DNA from: Octopus sinensis | Taxonomy: Eukaryota | NCBI RefSeq assembly: GCF_006345805.1 | Contig: NW_021823808.1 | Span: 1 to 21,127 of the forward strand | Length of the DNA stretch: 21,127 bases | Direction: 5' to 3' | Part shown: one piece after another, positions 1 to 8,907 of the stretch | Layout of the letters: each line of letters starts with the position of its first letter | How positions within the stretch are numbered: the stretch's first letter is position 1 | Made by a program: the position numbers and the translations under genes | Notes under the pieces: model-generated | The model's database searches: none | Seen by the model: only the letters and a program-made list of their open reading frames with translations | Told to the model about the DNA's origin: nothing

Positions 1-3000
1 CAAAAAGTACCAACACCAGTCCCTTCCTACCTAACAGACGCAAGAAATGTAACATATTACCCAAAACACCTAGATCGAGAAGGAGTCCTCTTCCCTTGAA
101 CCGGAACCCAATCCCCAGCTAACCAACGAAATGAGACAACTTGCTTCTCAGGTCACAGCTACCCAACTAAACAAAATAAAAGCCCAAATAAGCACATATC
201 AACTAATCAAACGTGGATTACCAATCCCTTCTGAGCTCTTAGATGATTTAGGAATCATAAACCCACTTGTATTCCTAAAAAATAATCACCACTAGAAAAT
301 AGATATGAACATATTATTAAAAGAGCGGGAAAATATGTAATATAATTTATCGATTTTTCAGAATTAAACAACAATTAAAATATCGATCGGAAAGTCTGGC
401 GGGAGTTTTGAACAGTCTTAGTGAGGACAATAAAATGAAGGCTTTGATCGAGTTGAAGGCGATTGGCCTGCTGGATCTCCAAAAGCACGTGCGGGAAGAA
501 GTGTTGTGTGTGATGAAGGAGTCCTGCCGAATTGAGGGACCTGCCTTTGGTCGTCGAGTCAAGAGACAAAGCCTCCGTGATTCCAGAATAACAGAAAGAA
601 TGGAAAAACATGAAAAAATGGAATCCGAGAGACTAAGAAGACAACAATTTTTAGTTAAAATGTAAAAATTCTGATTTTTAGGAATTTTTGGGGAGAATTC
701 AGCAACATCAAAGGCAATTCCGTGAAAATATGCGAATTCGAGCAACCAAACTGGGCAAAGTGAACAAGGCCGTGTTAAACCACCACCTGACGAATGAACG
801 AGAGCAAAAGAAAGAGGAGGATCGAATTCGGCGGGAAAGAATGCGTCGATTAATGGCAAATAAATAATTAAACACGTTTTTAGGAAGAGGATGAAGTGGG
901 GTACCGAAAGTTGATAGATCAAAAGAAGGACACCCGATTGAAATACTTGTTGGAACAAACGGACGAATATATAGGGAATATGGCCAAGTTATTGCAGTCC
1001 CACATGTGTGATCGGTCATTGGGGGAGGAAGGACAGGACTGTTATTCCATTGCTCATTTTAATCGAGAAAAGATTCAAGTCCAGCCTACAATCCTCACAG
1101 GCGGCACTTTGAAGTTGTATCAGATTGCTGGACTGGAGTGGATGGTGTCTCTTTATAACAACAATTTGAACGGTATTTTGGCAGATGAGATGGGTTTGGG
1201 CAAGACTATTCAGACTATTGCTCTTCTGGCCTATTTATTGGAACATAAGAGAATTCACGGTCCCCATTTGGTTGTGGTGCCCTTGTCGTAAGTGGTCGTG
1301 CTGATTGGAAGGACTTTGTCCAATTGGGTGAATGAGTTTGGTCGATGGGCACCTTCGATGGCTGTGGTGGCATATCGAGGGACCCCACAAGTGAGGAGGG
1401 AAGTCGGCTTAAGAATGAGATCTACAAATGTAAATGTGGTCATTACAACATATGATTATATCATAAAAGACAAAAATGTCCTTTCGAAGGTATCTTTTTT
1501 GACTAACAGGAAGATGAGGTGGGTTTATCTGGTCATCGATGAAGGACATCGTATGAAGAACCATCACTGTAAACTGACCAGTATTCTTTCCAGCAAATTC
1601 CATGTCCCCTACCGACTGCTTCTAACGGGGACTCCTCTGCAGAACCGTCTTCCTGAACTCTGGGCTCTTTTAAACTTTATTCAGCCGACAATATTTAAAT
1701 CCTGTGCCACGTTCGAGCAGTGGTTTAGTGCTCCATTTGCTAGTATGAATGAGCGGGTGGAACTTAACCAGGAAGAGTCACTTTTGGTAATTCGTCGACT
1801 CCACACGATTTTACGTCCATTTATCCTTCGAAGACTAAAAAAGGAAGTTGAATGTCAGTTGCCGGATAAAGTGGAATATATAATCAAATGTGCCCTCACT
1901 CCACTCCAGAGAATTATGTATACACATATGCAGAAGAATGGAGTAGTCCTCACATGTGATGAAAAGTCCAAAGTTGTTGGGAGGTCACTTTCTAATACTC
2001 TTATGCAATTACGGAAGATATGTAATCATCCTTTCATGTTTGAGTCGGTTGAAAAGTCGTTGGCACAGAAATTTGGAATGTCCAATGATATGGTCACTGG
2101 GCCTCTTCTTTTCCGTGTTTCGGGAAAATTTGAAGTCCTTGACAGAATATTGCCCAAATTGAAAGCAGTGAATCGAAAATGTCTTGTTTTTTGTCAAATG
2201 ACATCTTTAATGAATATTTTGGAGGATTATTTGAATATGAGGGATTTTTCTCACCTCAGATTGGACGGGTCTACCAAAGCTGAGGACAGGGAGTTCCTCT
2301 TGTCTCAGTTCAACGACCCCCAACTTGACACGTTTATATTCCTTCTGAGTACTCGGGCTGGTGGGTTGGGACTGAACTTACAAACTGCGGACACAGTGAT
2401 AATATTTGACTCTGATTGGAATCCCCATCAAGACCTGCAGGCCGAAGACAGAGCACATCGGATTGGGCAGCTCAGACAAGTCACAGTACTTCGTCTAGTC
2501 ACTGTTAATTCTGTGGAGGAAAGAATTCTTTCTGCTGCAAAGAATAAACTAAATATGGACGAGAAGGTCATTCGTGCTGGAATGTTTGACCAAAAGTCAA
2601 CATCCGATCAAAGAAGGCAATTCTTGCAGAGTTTATTGGATCAGGACGGAGATGAGGTTAAGGACGCTGATTCTATCCACGACGATGAAGCCATCAATGC
2701 TATGCTAATGAGGTCAAACGAGGAATATGAGTTGTTCACACAGATGGACTCCCAGCGTGAACAAATGGACAAACGTGACAATATTCCTTCAAGAGTAATC
2801 ACCGAGGATGAACTCCCCCTTTGGCTTGTTCATTCGTCTTATGAAAAAGTGAACTCGCCAATTTGGGAACATTCTTTCTCACGGAGACGGGCACAAGTTG
2901 AGGAGGAGGATTCGAGTTTCTCAGAGGATTATGTGCCCAGTAGACCAAAGAGAGCAGTCAAGCCAACCCAGAGGGATATTGGTCAGCTCTTGAACGATTT

Positions 3001-3325
3001 GTTGACATTTTTGATTGACTATCATGACGAGTAATGGTTTTAGTATAGTTAAGGGATGGCCGAGCATTGAGATTGATTGTCCTTTCCTGGAATTGCCATC
3101 GAGGAGAGAGTTGCCTGACTATTACGAGATTATTAAAAAGCCAGTGGACATAAAGCGGATTAAGGTGTTGGGTGTGTTGTATTGTAGAGTCGAATCAAGT
3201 TGAAGAAATACTTCATTGGAGGAGTTCTCTAAGGATGTTGTACTCATGTTTGAGAACGCCCAACTGTACAATATTGAGGAGTCTTTGATTTTGAGGATTC
3301 TGTTGAATTGTGTAAAGCATTCATT
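1..3325 (+). repeat. Long direct repeat, left copy (offset 17,804 bp to the right copy)
   Basis: Position 1 CAAAAAGTACCAACACC matches 17805. All ORF-track entries recur at +17804. Differences I found (not exhaustive): C147/G17951, T304/C18108, and indels near 3071-3080 (+5), 3210 (-2) and 3290 (-1). Confidence 0.99.
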
Positions 3326-3403
3326 CAAAAGAAAAATGAACTGAGTAGAGCTCAGTCTTTTCATGACATTCTCTATTTGATAATTTCATTCTTTGTTGAA
3401 TAA
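1..3403 (+). CDS. SMARCA4: Brahma/BRG1-type SWI/SNF ATPase, copy 1. The window cuts off the first ~10 codons, and the bromodomain exons are frameshifted in this copy.
   Basis: Spliced translation gives QLQ ([23 protein letters not shown]), HSA ([12 protein letters not shown]...RERMRRLM|[19 protein letters not shown]), SNF2 ATPase motifs ([50 protein letters not shown]), SnAC ([19 protein letters not shown]) and a bromodomain ([19 protein letters not shown]). Introns: 49-73, 269-295, 337-361, 654-681, 856-883 (GC-AG), 1288-1311, 1490-1513, 3031-3053, 3165-3187. The first stop after the bromodomain is TAA 3401-3403. Confidence 0.95.
856..883 (+). other. 28-nt GC-AG intron in Brahma (also 18660-18687)
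   Basis: The sequence is ATG|GCAAATAAATAATTAAACACGTTTTTAG|GAA. Removal restores [13 protein letters not shown], collinear with BRG1 RRLM-AEDEEGYRK. Retention gives TAA, and no GT donor is available nearby. Confidence 0.88.
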
Positions 3404-3919
3404 ATGAATTGTAGTGACCTCTATCGTCTGGGAGGTGTTATAAGATCATATTTTTGTGTAATTTGATGGATATGGTCAATGTTTAATACAGTGACTCTTC
3501 CAAATTAGCCCCCCTTTTAATGCTCATCTCTCTAATTAGCCACATCTTGAAAATTCTTTTGAGAAAAATTTATTTTTTAGCATTCGGTTAAGATTTTTTT
3601 AATGTATTTAAATTTATACAGAAAAAATAATTTTTTATGCATTTTACAGAACATGTATACTATGCAATCACGTTCTTCTTATGCCCGTCCTATTTTTGAT
3701 GAAAGATTGAAAATTTTGACATGCATTTTCTTCTGAATATCTTGGAGATTGATTTTCTTTGGTACTTCATTAAAAATATCTGGAATAAAAATTTTTTTTT
3801 AAAAGTATTTGCTCTTTAAAAAGTTTCTAGGTTAAGTATTTAATAATCTAATTCTTTAAACGCGAGAGGCTGATGCGATCGAGAAAGAGCTAGAGCGTAC
3901 TATCAATGAAATATCGCTT

Positions 3920-4004
3920 TTTAATGTTCGAATAGGCTAAAGATTGCTCGTAAGCCTTGATTTAAAGAGGCCAAGACAAAGTCCATTTCCACTCCGCAGA
4001 CCTC
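3920..4004 (+). repeat. ~85-bp dispersed copy of a segment inside EEA1 (16045-16128)
   Basis: TTTAATGTTCGAATAGGCTAAAGATTGCTCGTAAGCCTTGATTTAAAGAGGCCAAGACAAAGTCCATTTCCACTCCGCAGACCTC aligns in the same orientation with TTTAATATTCGAATAGGCTAAGATATGCTCATAAGCCGTGATTTAAAGAGGCCAAGACAAGTCCATTTCCACTCCGCAGACCTC. Confidence 0.9.
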
Positions 4005-4022
4005 TGGGAACCATAAAATAGG

Positions 4023-4280
4023 CATTCTGCAGACAATCATGAGGAGATGCAATTAGTGGCTACGCAAAATCATCAAATGACATTGCGGACATAATACGTT
4101 GGAAGAGTTTTGTAATCAGAATTTTTTTTGTTTAAACGCGAAATCATCAGGAAAGTAGTATCGGAATGTGATATATGTCGATTTGCGACACCACTATAAA
4201 TAGTTGATCCTGAAAACCACATCATAGCCTCACAACCAAATGAGAGATTTCAGATAGATCTGATTGATCTCAAAAGGTGA
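4023..4280 (+). mobile_element. Degenerate retroviral-type integrase/transposase fragment (HHCC zinc-binding domain plus the start of the catalytic core; KRBA2/GIN/Ginger-like)
   Basis: With two frameshifts and a stop the translation is ...NHQM/HCGHNTLEEFCNQNFF/FKREIIRKVVSECDICRFATPL*IVDPENHIIASQPNERFQIDLIDLKR*. This shows H..H.G, CxxC and the PxERxQIDLID core start. Confidence 0.75.
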
Positions 4281-4755
4281 GACTTTGGTATTAAATAAAT
4301 TCAAATTTCTAGTATATTGTCAAACAATATTGTCGAATTACGAATGTCCGACGGAACAATGAAAAAAACCCACATGAAACGAATCAAAAAAATAAATAAA
4401 GATCAAAAATAATTAAAATTTTAGTTATAATCCATAAAGAAAGTTTTTTTCAATTTCTGTGTAACGTTATATGAAAATTTTAGAGCTTTAGTGCTTAAAC
4501 GTCTTACGCCTTATTATTGAATTAAATCTGTAGTAGATACATTTAGAATTGTTTTTATGTAAGATAACAATTATTAAATCTTAATAAATATATTTTATTT
4601 TAATATACTAATTTTTAAAGCAAGTTTTTGTGCATTATAATTTTAACAAATTAAAAAATATCATAAAAAAAATTATAACTTCTTTTAAGAGTTTGATCAA
4701 ATTAAGTATATTAATTTGAAACATAAAATTTCAAGTATTTTTTCTTGATTTTTTT

Positions 4756-5200
4756 CTAAGTCCACTCGGGTAACCCGTAGCGCTCGGTAATGCCCAGCGC
4801 CTGTGACATATTATGTCCAGTTTTGGTGATTTCATTATTTCCGCGGAAAGTAGTAGCAAGTTTTTTCAATTCGAATATCGATTTTTTTCTTACCAAATTT
4901 AGAATTAAAATAGCTGGCCCTAAGTGGCCACCCTCCCCTAGGTACTCGCTTGAGACGATCTTTGACATAGTTCAAAAGAGATGACATCCACTCTCCTGGG
5001 TTGGACGAATCAATAGACTCACAAATAGCTTTTAAGGATAACAAGTTGACGAGAGCTGCTGAGTTTCATTGTATTTGACAGGGCATTAAGACAGCCATGA
5101 ACAGACAAATCCACATTTTCTTGAGCGTCATTTACTTGGTATTCTGTGGATGCGTCCATGGAAATGACTTTTCCAGACTGAGAAAAACCAACCATCCTTA
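4756..5200 (-). other. Unidentified coding-like remnant
   Basis: This is a GC-richer island in AT-rich surroundings with overlapping minus-strand ORFs (LLSLKAICESIDSSNPGEWMSSLLNYVKDRLKRVPRGGWPLRASYF; FELKKLATTFRGNNEITKTGHNMSQALGITERYGLPEWT). I recognise no family. Confidence 0.25.
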
Positions 5201-5365
5201 CACCACTAACAAAATTTAAACTCTGTAGACTTTTTCTATTTATATTATTAGTGTTTTTTATTTAACCAAAAGTTTGTTAATCGAAAAAAAATAAAAATTT
5301 AACATTAAACGCAATAAAGTTTAAATTAACAAAAGTATACTGTGACACAAACAAAGTAAAAAAAA

Positions 5366-5841
5366 ATAATGGCTTCTTTGTTCTTGTTTATTTTCAATGA
5401 TTTTGTCAAATCTTGGCACTTTTTGCTAATCGCAATACGAATGTCATGTTCAGGATTCAGGCGATTTCTGTATTTAGCTTTAATTTCCAAAAGAGAGCTG
5501 AATCCTGACTCGCATAAGTATGTCGTTGCAAATGGAATCAGTTCATACAAAGCCTTTTGAGATAATTTTGGATACATTTTCACTACTGAACTCCAAAATT
5601 GCTCCAATGTACAATTGTAAGACTCTATTTTAAGTGCTTTGTTTGTTCGAAGATCAATCAGATCTTCTTTGAGTTCATGATCATCTGACATAATTTTCAG
5701 ATTATACGAAAATGGACTCGAAATCCATTTATTCGTAATATTTAGATCCGTTCCGAAATATCCCCCAAAAGACGTGGATAATACTTCTAAATGAGATATA
5801 ACTTCTTGACGAAAAGTAAGATTCATTGAATTGTCGACCAC
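5366..5841 (-). mobile_element. hAT (Buster/Charlie, ZBED8/FAM200-like) transposase C-terminal remnant
   Basis: FWSSVVKMYPKLSQKALYELIPFATTYLCESGFSSLLEIKAKYRNRLNPEHDIRIAIS is the hAT dimerisation region. A frameshift at the T5 run 5420-5424 hides the typical end KVPRFDKIIENKQEQRSH. The 5' part is truncated. Confidence 0.9.
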
Positions 5842-5844
5842 CTT

Positions 5845-6239
5845 TTCTAATTCTGATTCAGATTTAAAAAACCTTGACTTTTTCCACAGAAACCAGCTTC
5901 GTTCCCTGAACCGCCTTACAAGATCAGCAACTCGGGACTAATTAGCCGGACATCGTCAATGGTCGCTAGAGGCTATTTGGACACATCTTGAAGATGGACC
6001 CAACTTCACCTCCCTATGTGACCATGAAAGAAAACTTCCTATCAGATGACGTAAAATTCCGAGGACGACCCATAACAACCCTACCGGTTGTTCTGCAACA
6101 CGACTTGAGGCTTTTAAAGAAAACCCTGAAGACCTGTGATGATCTCGACAATCTTCGGATACTGGCCCAAAACCGCAAAGATTTTTCTCTCAATATTTCC
6201 ACCTGCAATCGTATCATTCACAATCTGACATACAATTGA
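5845..6239 (+). mobile_element. 5'-truncated non-LTR retrotransposon (LINE) ORF2 C-terminal fragment
   Basis: The translation DLKNLDFFHRNQLRSL/PPYKISN.../GR*RLFGHILKMDPTSPP...FRGRPITTLPVVLQHDL...DLDNLRILAQNR matches the post-RT LDxFHRxQLR...RWxLFGHILR...RGRPxTT pattern of invertebrate LINEs. Confidence 0.75.
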
Positions 6240-6386
6240 TGGATTCGGCAAACAATTTAACGCATAAAAATTAATTAGATGATCCCTTATCCTCAAATTT
6301 GAATCAAAAAGTTTATCAGGTTCTAAGAATTGAATTTTTTTAATTTTAATAAAAAGAAAATATAATCTTAATAATAAAATGGTATG

Positions 6387-6431
6387 GTGTGTGTCTGTCT
6401 GTCTGTCTGTGTGTCTGTCTGTCTGTCTGTG
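6387..6431 (+). repeat. (GT)/(GTCT)n microsatellite at the Helitron 5' end
   Basis: The 20-mer GTGTCTGTCTGTCTGTCTGT occurs twice (6391-6410, 6411-6430). Confidence 0.95.
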
Positions 6432-6554
6432 CACACCCACATTCAAATTGTTACAAACCAGATCAAATTGTCAAAACCTTCCCTTTGTAGTTATTCGATA
6501 ATGAGGCACATAAAAGGTTGATATCCTAAGAACCTTCCTGTCAAAAAATTTAAT

Positions 6555-8190
6555 AAGAAAGAATATCCTCGATGATGAGGTCCCCAAAACTTCAAGTCAA
6601 TTTTCTGCGTTTTTGTTAAAATGAACAACAAGAAAGTCCTCGACTCACATGATGTGGTCCCCCAAAACCTTCAAGCCAAAAATTAAAAAAAATTATTTTC
6701 TGCGTTTTTGTTAAAATGAACAACAAGAAAGTCCTCGACTCACATGATGTGGTCTCCCCCAAAACCTTCAAGCCAAAAAATTAAAAAAAATTATTTTCTG
6801 CGTTTTTGTTAAAATGAACAACAAGAAAGTCCTCGAATCACATGATGTGGTCCCCCAAAACCTTCAAGCCAAAAATTAAAAAAAATATTTTCTGCGTTTT
6901 TGTTAAAATGAACAACAAGAAAGTCCTCGACTCACATGATGTGGTCCCCCAAAACCTTCAAGCCAAAAATTAAAAAAAATTATTTTCTGCGTTTTTGTTA
7001 AAATGAACAACAAGAAAGTCCTCGACTCACATGATGTGGTCCCCCAAAACCTTCAAGCCAAAAAATAAAAAAAATTATTTTCTGCGTTTTTGTTAAAATG
7101 AACAACACAAGAAAGTCCTCGACTCACATGATGTGGTCCCCCAAAACCTTCAAGCCAAAAAATTAAAAAAATTATTTTCTGCGTTTTTGTTAAAATGAAC
7201 AACAAGAAAGTCCTCGACTCACATGATGTGGTCCCCCAAAACCTTCAAGCTAAAAATTAAAAAAAAATATTTTCTGCGTTTTTGTTAAAATGAACAACAA
7301 GAAAGTCCTCGACTCACATGATGTGGTCCCCCAAAACCTTCAAGCCAAAAAATTAAAAAAATTATTTTCTGCGTTTTTGTTAAAATGAACAAGAAAGTCC
7401 TCGACTCACATGATGTGGTCCCCCAAAACCTTCAAGCTAAAAAATTAAAAAAATTATTTTCTGCGTTTTTGTTAAAATGAACAAGAAAGTCTCGACTCAC
7501 ATGATGTGGTCCCCCAAAACCTTCAAGCTAAAAAATTAAAAAATTATTTTCTGCGTTTTTGTTAAAATGAACAACAAGAAAGTCTCGACTCACATGATGT
7601 GGTCCCCCAAAACCTTCAAGGTAAAAATTAAAAAAAATTATTTTCTGCGTTTTTGTTAAAATGAACAACAAGAAAGTCCTCGACTCACATGATGTGGTCC
7701 CCCAAAACTTTCAAGCCAAAAAATTAAAAAAATTATTTTCTGCGTTTTTTTAAAATAAACAACAAGAAAGTCCTCGACTCACATGATGTGGTCCCCCAAA
7801 ACCTTCAAGCCAAAAAATTAAAAAATTATTTTCTGCGTTTTTGTTAAAATGAAAACACAAGAAAGTCCTCGACTCACATGATGTGGTCCCTCAAAACCTT
7901 CAAGCCAAAAAATTAAAAAAAATTATTTTCTGCGTTTTTGTTAAAATGAACAACAAGAAAGTCCTCGACTCACATGATGTGGTCCCTCAAAACCTTCAAG
8001 CCAAAAAATTAAAAAAATTATTTTCTGCGTTTTTGTTAAATGAACACAAGAAAGTCCTCGACTCACATGATGTGGTCCCCCAAAACCTTCAAGCCAAAAA
8101 TTAAAAAAAAATATTTTCTGCGTTTTTGTTAAAATGAACGACAAGAAAGTCCTCGACTCACATGATGAGGTCCTCCACAACCTTCAAGCC
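6555..8190 (+). repeat. Tandem satellite array, ~17 copies of a ~95-bp unit
   Basis: The unit is TTTCTGCGTTTTTGTTAAAATGAACAACAAGAAAGTCCTCGACTCACATGATGTGGTCCCCCAAAACCTTCAAGCCAAAAATTAAAAAAAATTAT. CTGCG recurs at 6605, 6700, 6798, 6892, 6987, 7082, 7179, 7274, 7369, 7461, 7551, 7645, 7740, 7833, 7930, 8025 and 8118. Confidence 0.98.
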
Positions 8191-8907
8191 TCGTGAGGCC
8201 ATTAATTAGCTTAGCTATCTTTTTTCGATGACATAAATTCTTTTTTGTTAAATTTTCGTTAAAAAAATAAAATAAAAGCTCTAATTGTTATCGACCATGA
8301 ATAGACTGTGCAATTATCAGATTTTGAAAACCACTAAAAGGAAAAAGCAAAAAATTATTAGAGATTTACATAATTGATTCTTTTTAACTGCGCGAAACTG
8401 ACAAATTCGATTATGCTACTGTTTAGATTTCTTAAAAGATAGAGGCAAATAAAATTTAAATTAGTCATGTAAATTTCAATTTGCCTATATTTAAATCTCC
8501 TTGATTTAACAGGCTTTAATTTTTTTCCTTATAATACTACAAAGATGAAGCTGATTATCATTTTCTTTACCGAAACAGACAAGTTCGATTATGCTAAAGT
8601 TTCAATTCCTTTAAACATAGAGGCAATTAAGTATAATGGCTTTGATTGGATAATACACTTTACATAAATTTCACTAAATACATTACGTAGAAAATTTAAT
8701 ATAAATTACTGATTCGCGTTTACAAAATCATAAGAATGTCCTATAAAGAGAGATCTGAGAATGTAACAAACAAGAGAATATGAACCATATAACAAAAAAA
8801 GAGAAACGAGGGAAGATGTGCTTAAATGGTGAGGGAACTTAGACAACAGCTGAACAAGGTCAGGACTGCTGTTAGACTCAACTACGGGTAATAGAATTAT
8901 GCATTCT

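Noticed and set aside
347-958. 203-aa minus-strand ORF (and its copy 18151-18762), plus other short antisense ORFs over Brahma
   Set aside because: They are shadows of the well-supported plus-strand Brahma exons and have no recognisable motifs.
6340-6366. Whole 17.8-kb unit as a Helitron read-through rolling-circle product
   Set aside because: This would need a CTRR end and hairpin immediately before the 5' TC at 6366. The preceding sequence (AAATATAA) has neither.
7883-8180. ORFs within the satellite array
   Set aside because: They are repetitive translations of the 95-bp unit, opened by chance variants.
6555-8190. CRISPR-like array
   Set aside because: The units are contiguous near-identical repeats with no unique spacers, there are no cas genes, and the context is eukaryotic.
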